This document shows positions 8,006 to 14,426 of a stretch of 14,426 nt of DNA, one piece after another (within the stretch, counting starts at the first letter, position 1; the number at the start of each line of letters is the position of its first letter). The stretch lies in the IMG/VR virus record IMGVR_UViG_2850796239_000001; one strand, given 5' to 3'. The notes below the pieces were generated by a model, which was not told where the DNA came from, searched no databases, and saw only the letters and a program-made list of their open reading frames with translations. This DNA comes from a virus (lineage: Duplodnaviria; Heunggongvirae; Uroviricota; Caudoviricetes). The translations under genes were made by a program, and so were the position numbers.

Positions 8006-8013
8006 GCTTCGGC
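8006..8013. repeat. 8-bp target-site duplication (GCTTCGGC), right copy
   Basis: Identical to 5243..5250; it lies within IS3-family orfA codons K-A-E-A (rc GCCGAAGC). Confidence 0.9.
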
Positions 8014-8212
8014 TTTGAACTCTTTAGAGTAACGTTGGGTTTTTCTGCTCATTATTAGCTCCTTCTGATGCCATTCTATTTCAGGAAGGAGTGTCCGTTA
8101 AACTCAGGCTACCTCATCATTCCTGACCGTATTGCCTTTCTGGTGGTGTTAACCCGCCCGGACAAAACCACACTCAGAATCGAAATCACCCGTCGATGGG
8201 AGGCCACCATTA

Positions 8213-9289
8213 ATGCCGTATGAAATCCCCACGCTGGGCAAACTGATTGCCGACGGCGAAAAAGATATTGCGTATGAACTCGGCCTGCAAAAGCTGCCGC
8301 CTGTCAGTGTTGAGCAGGCGCTGAACGTGTCATTCAGCAGTCAGGTCCGGGATTTATACGACCATCAGAGCTGGATTAAGGACCAGATAATCCCGTCCAC
8401 CACGTCTGATGATGAAACCATTATCAAAACAGCAAAGTATGAAGGGGTTATCCGCAAGCAGGCCACCTTTGCCAGCGGGCGGGTGACCTTCACCAGTCAG
8501 TCCCCCCTTCCGGCAGAAACCCGGATGCAGTCCGACACGAACCAGGTGTATCAGGTACTCACGTCCGGCGAGGTGCAGGACGGCGAGGTCACCGTCATCG
8601 TGCAGGCTGAAGAAGCCGGTGTGGCGGGCAATCTTGCTGCCGGTGCCGTACTCACCCTGCTGTCCCCGCTGCCCGGAACGGCCAGCACAGGCGCGGTGGC
8701 TGAAGGTGGCATCACCGGTGGCGCAGACACTGAATCCATCGCAGCGCTGCTGGACCGTCTGCTGTATGTGCGCCGCAATCCACCGACAGGCGGCGCGTTG
8801 CATGACTACGTGATATGGGCGCGTGAAGTGCCGGGCGTCAGCCGCGCGTGGGCGTGGGATGCATGGCACGGCCCCGGCACGGTCGGGCTGGCATGGCTTT
8901 ATGATGACCGGGAAAACATCGTGCCAACCCGCGAAGACCTGAAGACAATGGAGCAGTATCTGTTCTGCCACAAACACCCGGCCACGGGCGTGATGGTGGG
9001 TAAACCGGGCGGCATTGAGGTCTGGCCGGTACAGGTCAGGCTGAAGAAAGTCAGCATATCCATCCGTCTGACACCGGACAGCCTGGCGAACAGGAGCGCC
9101 GTCCGGGCAAACCTGACCGCGTTACAGAAGACACTGGCACCCGGTCAGACGCTGCCGGTGTCCTCGCTGCGCACGGCCATCGGTATGACGTCCGGCATCA
9201 CGGATTACTTCCTTAACATCGGGGAGGACACCACCAGTGATGTGGATGAGCTTATCACCATCGGGGAGGTGACATGGCTCACAGCGTGA
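8213..9289 (+). CDS. Baseplate J-like protein (Mu gp47 family)
   Basis: 358-aa ORF; ATG 8213 preceded by GGGAGG (8198..8203) with a TAATG overlap to an upstream frame. Size, composition and position before gp48/S/U fit the Baseplate_J family; the call is from memory of the family, not an alignment. Confidence 0.8.
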   Translation: MPYEIPTLGKLIADGEKDIAYELGLQKLPPVSVEQALNVSFSSQVRDLYDHQSWIKDQIIPSTTSDDETIIKTAKYEGVIRKQATFASGRVTFTSQSPLPAETRMQSDTNQVYQVLTSGEVQDGEVTVIVQAEEAGVAGNLAAGAVLTLLSPLPGTASTGAVAEGGITGGADTESIAALLDRLLYVRRNPPTGGALHDYVIWAREVPGVSRAWAWDAWHGPGTVGLAWLYDDRENIVPTREDLKTMEQYLFCHKHPATGVMVGKPGGIEVWPVQVRLKKVSISIRLTPDSLANRSAVRANLTALQKTLAPGQTLPVSSLRTAIGMTSGITDYFLNIGEDTTSDVDELITIGEVTWLTA

Positions 9290-9858
9290 CGGAATGGCTG
9301 GCCGCACTGCAACAGGTCATGCCACGGGGTAAGGCATGGCCGCGTGATAACGACGCGGATTTAAACCGCTTTTTAAGGGCGCTTGCAGAACGTTTAAACC
9401 GCACTGAATACGACGCCTCGCGTCTGCATGTGGAGATGCGACCGGAAACCACGCTCCGGCTGCTGCCGGAGTGGGAGCAGTATCTGGCGCTGCCGGAATG
9501 CGGAATTGCCCCCACCACCAGGGAAGCCCGCCGCCGTGCCGTGGTGGAGAAATACCGTCGCAGGGGCGGGCTGGCAACCTGGCAGACTGAAGCCGCAGCA
9601 GCGGCGCTGGGCTTCACCATTAAGGTGACAGCCGTTCTGCCGCACCACTGTCTGCGCGACTGCATGTATCCGCTGCATCCGGCGCGGTATCGCTGGATGC
9701 TGAAAGTGAACGTCCCGGGTAAAGATGCCGGGCGGTTTACCTGTATTGATGGCGTCATGACACCATTAATCAGCGAACGCACCCGTGAGCTGGAATGCCT
9801 GCTGAAGCATTACCGGCTGGCGGGCACGGAATATGAATATTATTACACCGGAGAATAA
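9274..9858 (+). CDS. Mu gp48-like tail/baseplate protein (DUF2313 family)
   Basis: 194-aa ORF overlapping the J-like gene by 16 nt; its position between baseplate J and the tail fibre matches Mu gene 48. Confidence 0.7.
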   Translation: MAHSVTEWLAALQQVMPRGKAWPRDNDADLNRFLRALAERLNRTEYDASRLHVEMRPETTLRLLPEWEQYLALPECGIAPTTREARRRAVVEKYRRRGGLATWQTEAAAAALGFTIKVTAVLPHHCLRDCMYPLHPARYRWMLKVNVPGKDAGRFTCIDGVMTPLISERTRELECLLKHYRLAGTEYEYYYTGE

Positions 9859-9861
9859 TTT

Positions 9862-10959
9862 ATGTTTTATGTGGATAACCCGACGGGTGTGCCGGTAATG
9901 CCACCTGTCGCGGCTGAATTAAGCAAAACAACGCTTTATTTCACCGAAGGCGGGAACGGTATTCCGCCCACGTATCCGGGGCCGGACTGGTTTAATATTA
10001 TTCAGTCTGAATTACTGGAAATACTCCGGCAGGCAAATATCAAACCGGATAAAAACACAACCGACCAGATTATGACAGCGCTGAAAAAACTGTTTATTAC
10101 GAACAGTGGTTCAGCCGGAGCTATTGCCGGATTAACCGGTCAGAATAATATGTTCCCGTATTTTACCGGCAAAGACACAATGGCATTAACGCCGCTCAGT
10201 GCTTTTGTTCGCGGTATTCTCGGAAAAAACAGCGCCAGCGATTTTGTTAAAGACATCGGAGCAGGCCGTGCTTTCAGTGGTTCTGTAAGTATTGGTGGCG
10301 ACAGTGGAGCCTGGACGACGGCGCAGTTTATTGACTGGCTGGATTCACAGGGAGCATTTAACCATTCTTACTGGATGTGCAAAGGCTCCTGGGCTTATGC
10401 GGGCAATAAAATCATCACCGATACCGGCTGCGGCAATATTCAGTTGGCCGGTGCAGTTGTTGAGGTAATGGGCGTCAAATCAGCCATGACCATCAGGGTG
10501 ACCACACCAACAACGGCCACGAACGGCACGACAAGCTCACAGTTCACCTACATCAACCACGGAGACGCCTACTCTCCCGGATGGCGACGTGAGTACAATA
10601 CCAGAAACAAACCAACAGCATCGGACGTGGGGGCACTCCCCGCAAACGGTAATGCGGTCTCAGCAACCAGACTCCAGACTGCCCGCAGGATTAACAATGT
10701 GCTGTTTGATGGCCCCCGCGATATCACCATCAACACCACCGAGCCCGGCGCTGTGCGTAATTTCCAGTACACCAATGAGGTGTTTTACAACCCGGGCAGT
10801 ACCACAATTACCTGGAGGTTTCGCGCACCTTCTGGCTGCCAGTTGTCAGGCATTTATGTCCAGGATACGGGAAAAAATACAGCAGACAATATCGGTGGTG
10901 TGTATTACAAACAGGCTCAGATTTATATCAATGGCGCATGGCGCTCTGTATCCGGTTAA
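9862..10959 (+). CDS. Tail fibre protein (Mu S-like)
   Basis: ATG 9862 with GGAG upstream. N-terminus MFYVDNPTGVPVMPP... resembles the Mu/P2-type tail-fibre N-terminal domain as I recall it; followed directly by a Tfa/U-type assembly gene. Confidence 0.75.
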   Translation: MFYVDNPTGVPVMPPVAAELSKTTLYFTEGGNGIPPTYPGPDWFNIIQSELLEILRQANIKPDKNTTDQIMTALKKLFITNSGSAGAIAGLTGQNNMFPYFTGKDTMALTPLSAFVRGILGKNSASDFVKDIGAGRAFSGSVSIGGDSGAWTTAQFIDWLDSQGAFNHSYWMCKGSWAYAGNKIITDTGCGNIQLAGAVVEVMGVKSAMTIRVTTPTTATNGTTSSQFTYINHGDAYSPGWRREYNTRNKPTASDVGALPANGNAVSATRLQTARRINNVLFDGPRDITINTTEPGAVRNFQYTNEVFYNPGSTTITWRFRAPSGCQLSGIYVQDTGKNTADNIGGVYYKQAQIYINGAWRSVSG

Positions 10960-10973
10960 TTAAGGAGAAAATA

Positions 10974-11504
10974 ATGGAACTCAGAAATGTTACGCGTTAT
11001 TACCCTGAAGGTATGCCTTATGGTGAAGGCATTCAGTATTTCCGCAGTGAAGACGGGCAGGACTTTTATGAATCCCTGGATAAATTCACGAAGAAATACA
11101 AGCTGTGCACGCATCCTGAAACCGGCGTGATTTATTCGATGGCGGAAGACGTATCCCGTCTTTATCCCGTTGGTTTTACCATTGTGGAAGTGGATGAACT
11201 GCCGGAAGGCTTTGGCATTGAAGTCTGCTGGTATTATAAAAACGGCGAAGTTCTTCCTGTTCCTGTTGATTATTTGCGGCTGGCAGAAAAACAGCGCCAG
11301 AGCCTGCTGAATGAAGCAAGGGACATCACCTCCGACTGGAAAACCGAGCTGGAGCTGGGCACCATCAGCGACGATGACAAAGCCCGTCTTACACAGTGGA
11401 TGGCGTATATCAGGGAGGTAAAGACACTGGATTTAAGCACCGTTACTGACGAAGCCTCCTTTAATTCCATCAACTGGCCGGAGCGTCCCGATGCCGCAGC
11501 TTAA
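10974..11504 (+). CDS. Tail fibre assembly protein (Mu U / Tfa family)
   Basis: ATG 10974 with TAAGGAG (10960..10966); the ORF-track start at 10938 is upstream of the RBS. C-terminal motif ..GTISDDDKARLTQWMAYIREVKTLDLS.. matches the conserved Tfa/U motif (Mu U ..GIISDENKQKLTEWMLYAQKV..). Confidence 0.85.
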   Translation: MELRNVTRYYPEGMPYGEGIQYFRSEDGQDFYESLDKFTKKYKLCTHPETGVIYSMAEDVSRLYPVGFTIVEVDELPEGFGIEVCWYYKNGEVLPVPVDYLRLAEKQRQSLLNEARDITSDWKTELELGTISDDDKARLTQWMAYIREVKTLDLSTVTDEASFNSINWPERPDAAA

Positions 11505-12543
11505 AGGTGTGATAAAAACGCCCACGGGAGAACCGCTGGGCGGCGCAACCATTACACTGACCTCCCTGCACAATCGTGCAGGGATCCTGAAAAGTGTTTT
11601 CAGCCACGTCACCACACAGAGTGGAGAGTACGACTTCCCTGTTCTGCCGGGCGTGTACAGCGTTCGTCTGACACAGAGTGCACAGTGCCTTTCAGAAATC
11701 GGTGTCATCCGCGTTTATGAAGATTCAACGGACGGTTCGCTGAATGATTTTCTGGGCGCAACTGATATTGACCTGCGTCCGGAATCCCTGAAGAAATTCG
11801 AAGAGCTGGCGCAACAGGCGCAGCAGAGCGCCGGGGCCGCAGCCGGAAACGCACAGCAGACGGCGCAGGATGTGGCGGCAGCCGCAACGGCCCGTGATGA
11901 TGCACAACGTTTTGCGGAGAAAGCCCGACAGGATGCAACCGTCACAGCTGAGGACAGAAAGGCCACTGCGGAAGATGTGACAAGCACAGGAGCAAATGCA
12001 GCCGCAGCCGGACAGAGCGCACAGGATGCCGCAGGTTATGCCCGCGCAGCAGAACAGGCCAAAAATGACATTGATGCTGCGCTGACCGGCACTCTGAAAA
12101 TGGCTAACCATCTGTCAGAAATCGCAGCAGCAGGCGAAAAGGCACAACAGAAGTCCCGGGATAATCTGAGGCTGAAAAGTGCGGCCACGATGGAAGCACA
12201 GAGCGACATTTACGACCGGACAAAAGGCCGTCTGGCGATACCCGGCGCATTCGGCTTTGGGTGTGCTTTTCTGCCTGAAGATGTTATCCGTTTTGACACT
12301 AAGAGTGATTTCCTGGCCTGGGTAAGGAATGCGCTGCCAGGTGAATATTCCGTTGCTGGCCCCTACGGCATCATCATACCCGACACACGGTTTGAAGGGG
12401 GGCTCAGCATCCGGTGGACTGATGCACGCCCTGAGACAAGGGAACCGCGGTACAGAGCCAAATCCCTTACTTTTTACGGCATTAACGGCCCCATTTATCA
12501 CACCCGCTACTGCTACTGGCCCATATCCAGACTGACTGGGTGA
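11491..12543 (+). CDS. Side tail fibre protein (lambda Stf-like N-terminal domain with Ala/Gln-rich shaft)
   Basis: N-terminus ..KGVIKTPTGEPLGGATITLTS...GVYSVRLTQ...IRVYEDSTDGSLNDFLGA.. parallels the lambda Stf N-terminus (..SGVLKDGTGKPVQNCTIQLKA...GQYSVILQ...ITVYEDSQPGTLNDFLCA..). Followed by an AQQ/AAA-rich repeat region and the ..LSEIAAAGEKAQQKSRDNLRL.. motif common in fibres. Confidence 0.75.
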   Translation: MPQLKGVIKTPTGEPLGGATITLTSLHNRAGILKSVFSHVTTQSGEYDFPVLPGVYSVRLTQSAQCLSEIGVIRVYEDSTDGSLNDFLGATDIDLRPESLKKFEELAQQAQQSAGAAAGNAQQTAQDVAAAATARDDAQRFAEKARQDATVTAEDRKATAEDVTSTGANAAAAGQSAQDAAGYARAAEQAKNDIDAALTGTLKMANHLSEIAAAGEKAQQKSRDNLRLKSAATMEAQSDIYDRTKGRLAIPGAFGFGCAFLPEDVIRFDTKSDFLAWVRNALPGEYSVAGPYGIIIPDTRFEGGLSIRWTDARPETREPRYRAKSLTFYGINGPIYHTRYCYWPISRLTG

Positions 12544-12893
12544 AAATAAATATAGCCACAGAAGATATTATTTACAGAATCGTGGCGAGCTCTGTCCGCA
12601 ACAGATGGGGAGACCCTGACATTGGCGGGCTGATTATTGCTGCGTACCAGGGAAAAGCTGACGGTGATAAAGACATCAGACTTGTCAGGGGGCGGTCATA
12701 CAGAGGCTCACGACTGGGACCGGTGGGGATTTCAGCGCCCTGTACTCCCACCGGAACGCATATAGTATACCCACAATATTTCATTACGGGATGTTCAGAG
12801 CATTCATTACCGGGGTCATATTGCGCCCTGTCCGGGGTGCCGGATACATATGTCTCTGGCGCAATGCTTGGGCTTTTTATTCGCACATCGTGA
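12540..12893 (+). CDS. Hypothetical ORF of uncertain reality (possible fibre distal fragment or accessory gene)
   Basis: GTG-initiated 117-codon ORF overlapping the Stf stop (GTGA) and the next gene's start region. No recognisable family; the C-terminal half has atypical composition. Confidence 0.25.
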   Translation: MKINIATEDIIYRIVASSVRNRWGDPDIGGLIIAAYQGKADGDKDIRLVRGRSYRGSRLGPVGISAPCTPTGTHIVYPQYFITGCSEHSLPGSYCALSGVPDTYVSGAMLGLFIRTS

Positions 12894-12903
12894 GGAATGC
12901 ACT

Positions 12904-13470
12904 GTGGAAATTAAAAAAATCATTAATCCCCGTTATACCGAAAGTGGCGCAGTAGACTGTGACGTTTTTTTTGACGACAGGGACCAGGCAGTCCCCTACA
13001 CAGCCACCGCTGATGATGTCGCTCCGACGGGTCAGCAAATCTGGCAGGAACTGCAAAGCGGCAAATGGGGTGAGATAGCCCCATTCACTGTGACACCAGA
13101 AATGCTGGAAGCGGCCAGAGAGGCCAGACGTCAGGAAATTGAAGCATGGCGCACAGAACAGGAGGCGAAGCCGTTCACGTTTGAATGGAACGGTCGTATC
13201 TGGAATGCTGGCCCCGACTCACTGGGCCGCCTGTCCCCGGTAGTCATGCTGGCAAAATCTGTCACAGCACAAACACATATGGCGTGGAGCGATGCGGATA
13301 ATCAGCAGGTGCAGCTGACGACGCAGGAACTTGAGGAACTGGCCACAGCGATGATGCAGGCCATTGTTGAGCGCAACGATGAGATTTATCGCTGTCAGCG
13401 GGAGATGAAAGAACAACTTTCTCTGTTGCCCACACTGGACGAGGTGAGAGCGTTCAGACCAGGCGATTAA
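12904..13470 (+). CDS. Putative tail fibre assembly/chaperone protein (second, non-U type)
   Basis: ORF 12850..13470 in the track; preferred start GTG 12904 with GAGGAA (12892..12897). Position immediately after a fibre gene; the C-terminal region resembles prophage tail-fibre chaperone-like proteins, but this is a weak call from memory. Confidence 0.5.
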   Translation: MEIKKIINPRYTESGAVDCDVFFDDRDQAVPYTATADDVAPTGQQIWQELQSGKWGEIAPFTVTPEMLEAAREARRQEIEAWRTEQEAKPFTFEWNGRIWNAGPDSLGRLSPVVMLAKSVTAQTHMAWSDADNQQVQLTTQELEELATAMMQAIVERNDEIYRCQREMKEQLSLLPTLDEVRAFRPGD

Positions 13471-13492
13471 ATAATCAGTTTGTATAGTTTAT

Positions 13493-13520
13493 GACGATCG
13501 ATAGCATCATATCGATCGTC
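13493..13520. promoter_or_regulatory. Perfect palindrome with two GATC (Dam) sites upstream of com-mom; candidate methylation-sensitive repressor-binding region
   Basis: GACGATCGATA-gcatca-TATCGATCGTC (11-nt arms); GATC at 13496..13499 and 13514..13517. In Mu, a GATC cluster upstream of Pmom mediates Dam/OxyR control. Confidence 0.5.
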
Positions 13521-13545
13521 GGTTTGCATCAAGTGTGATTAAATA

Positions 13546-13589
13546 CCCCCAGCCCTCCGGGCAGCGATATCCTGTTATTACACTGGGGG
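13546..13589. promoter_or_regulatory. GC-rich dyad CCCCCAG-N30-CTGGGGG just upstream of com; candidate late-activator (Mu C-type) site or RNA structure
   Basis: CCCCCAG at 13546..13552 and its reverse complement CTGGGGG at 13583..13589; the right arm overlaps the com Shine-Dalgarno (GGGGGA, 5 nt before ATG 13595). Confidence 0.35.
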
Positions 13590-13594
13590 AAGTT

Positions 13595-13780
13595 ATGGAT
13601 TCTGTTCGTTGTAAAAATTGCAATAAATTGCTGTTTAAAGGAGGTTGTAAGCATATAGAAATCAAATGTCCTCGCTGTAAACGTTACATTGTCATATCGA
13701 GTGCCCGGGAGCATCCCACGGAGCTGTGTTGTGGGAAAAGAGAAGAAATCACACATTCTGACAAAACCCTGCGTTATTGA
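13595..13780 (+). CDS. com: Com, zinc-finger translational activator of mom
   Basis: ATG 13595 within ORF 13535..13780. Translation [61 protein letters not shown] (61 aa) is near-collinear with Mu Com ([34 protein letters not shown]...HSDETVRY), with the four-Cys zinc finger conserved. Confidence 0.9.
   Translation: MDSVRCKNCNKLLFKGGCKHIEIKCPRCKRYIVISSAREHPTELCCGKREEITHSDKTLRY
13714..13736 (+). promoter_or_regulatory. Predicted mRNA stem-loop sequestering the mom SD and GTG start (translation-inhibitory structure, target of Com)
   Basis: TCCCAC(13714..13719)-GGAGCTGTGTT-GTGGGA(13731..13736); the loop contains GGAG and the 3' arm contains GTG 13731. This mirrors the Com-dependent mechanism known for Mu mom. 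Confidence 0.45.
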
Positions 13781-14426
13781 GTATGAAGGCCGGATTGTCG
13801 GCTATGGTTCAAGGGAGCTGCGCGTTGAAACCATATCCTGCTGGCTGGCCCGCACAATCATTCAGACAAAGCATTATTCCCGCCGTTTTGTGAATAACTC
13901 CTGGTTGCATCTGGGCGTATTCAGTGGACGTGATCTGGTTGGTGTTCTTCAGTGGGGATATGCCCTTAACCCCAACTCAGGGCGTCGCGTTGTGCTTGAA
14001 ACGGATAACCGGGGCTATATGGAACTGAACCGCATGTGGCTACACGACGACATGCCCCGCAACTCTGAATCACGGGCCATCAGCTACGCGCTGAAAACCA
14101 TCAGGTTACTGTATCCGTCAGTGGAGTGGGTTCAGTCCTTTGCAGACGAACGTTGCGGGCGTGCAGGTGTTGTGTATCAGGCGTCAAATTTTGATTTTAT
14201 TGGCAGCCATGAAAGCACATTCTACGAACTGGACGGTGAGTGGTATCACGAGATAACGATGAATGCGATTAATCGTGGAGGGAAGCGCGGCGAATATTTA
14301 CGAGCGAATAAGGAGCGGGCCGTGGCGCACAAATTTAATCAATATCGTTACATCAGGTTCCTGAACAAGCGCGCAAAAAAGCGACTAAACACTAAGCTAT
14401 TCAGGATTCAGCCTTACCCGAAGTGA
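13731..14426 (+). CDS. mom: Mom DNA modification protein (adenine modification, anti-restriction)
   Basis: Long ORF (track 13689..14426) overlapping the 3' end of com as in Mu, ending at TGA 14424..14426. Preferred start GTG 13731 (GGAG 8 nt upstream, gives 231 aa). The sequence ..[51 protein letters not shown].. is Mom-like from memory and position. Confidence 0.85.
   Translation: MGKEKKSHILTKPCVIEYEGRIVGYGSRELRVETISCWLARTIIQTKHYSRRFVNNSWLHLGVFSGRDLVGVLQWGYALNPNSGRRVVLETDNRGYMELNRMWLHDDMPRNSESRAISYALKTIRLLYPSVEWVQSFADERCGRAGVVYQASNFDFIGSHESTFYELDGEWYHEITMNAINRGGKRGEYLRANKERAVAHKFNQYRYIRFLNKRAKKRLNTKLFRIQPYPK

Larger units (their letters stand above)
4090..8116 (-). mobile_element. IS3-family insertion sequence (IS600-like), carrying a nested IS66-family insertion
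   Basis: Imperfect terminal inverted repeats: plus 4090.. TGAGGTGTACTGGCAATAGCGGACACTACC versus rc of 8116.. TGAGGTAGCCTGAGTTTAACGGACACTCC (20 of the first 27 positions match, including TGAGGT and CGGACACT). orfA starts MSRKTQRYSKEFKAEA (rc of 8006..8052) and orfB ends ...YHQMAA. Length minus the nested element and its 8-bp duplication is 4027-2755-8 = 1264 bp, a typical IS3-family size. Confidence 0.85.
265..14426. mobile_element. Mu-like transposable prophage, internally deleted and IS-disrupted; left end in window, right end beyond window
   Basis: Gene order c(-), ner, A, B ... baseplate J, gp48, S, U, com, mom is the Mu left-to-right order. The left boundary is inferred from the abrupt end of mobB homology at ~264/265 and a TG dinucleotide at 268. 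Confidence 0.8.

Noticed and set aside
8127-8213. Short open frame ending in the TAATG overlap with the J-like start
   Set aside because: Only 28 codons between a stop at 8124..8126 and TAA 8211..8213, with no start codon. It is probably the last remnant of the gene upstream of J left after the deletion, not an independent gene.
8354-9782. Minus-strand ORFs inside the baseplate J-like and gp48-like genes (e.g. 8354..8977, 9279..9782, 9394..9678)
   Set aside because: Antisense to strongly supported phage structural genes; Arg/Pro/Ser-rich translations typical of opposite-strand reading of GC-rich coding DNA.
11705-12501. Cys-rich minus-strand ORFs inside the Stf-like fibre gene (11725..12111, 12115..12501)
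   Set aside because: Antisense artefacts of the Ala/Gln-rich repeat region (GCN codons read as Cys/Ala on the other strand).
9850-13530. Search for a Gin/Pin-type invertase gene and gix-like crossover sites around the fibre genes
   Set aside because: No serine-recombinase-like ORF and no convincing ~26-bp inverted repeats flank the fibre cassettes; the region is called non-invertible.
1-14426. CRISPR arrays, tRNA or rRNA genes
   Set aside because: No regularly spaced short direct repeats and no cloverleaf-like or rRNA-like sequence were recognised; the only structured repeats are the prophage-end 10-mers, IS terminal repeats and regulatory palindromes.

Overview
The window is almost entirely a decayed Mu-like (transposable) prophage inserted into the chromosomal mobB gene; I found no undescribed system, and every segment is accounted for by known phage or IS functions apart from one unassigned 117-codon ORF (12540..12893). 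All homology calls are from reading the ORF translations against remembered protein families; no database search was run. Layout left to right: mobB 3' fragment (minus, 1..264); prophage left end (~265..508) with three TTCAAGATAA direct repeats; c-like repressor (minus, 509..1015); operator region; ner (1147..1401); a MuA-like DDE transposase split by a single in-frame TAG (1382..2056 and 2057..3466); a MuB-like ATPase cut off after its Walker B motif at 4090 by an IS3-family (IS600-like) element (4090..8116). That IS carries a nested IS66-family element (5251..8005) with a perfect 8-bp target duplication. Prophage DNA resumes at 8117 only 96 bp upstream of a baseplate J-like gene, so the region between B and the distal baseplate genes is absent. 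Then come a gp48-like gene, two tandem same-strand tail-fibre plus assembly pairs (Mu S/U-type, then lambda Stf-type) with no invertase, and an apparently intact com-mom DNA-modification module running to the window end. No rRNA, tRNA or CRISPR array was seen. The most notable points are the nested IS architecture with its associated deletion, the amber-interrupted transposase, and retention of com-mom with its regulatory elements in an otherwise crippled prophage.
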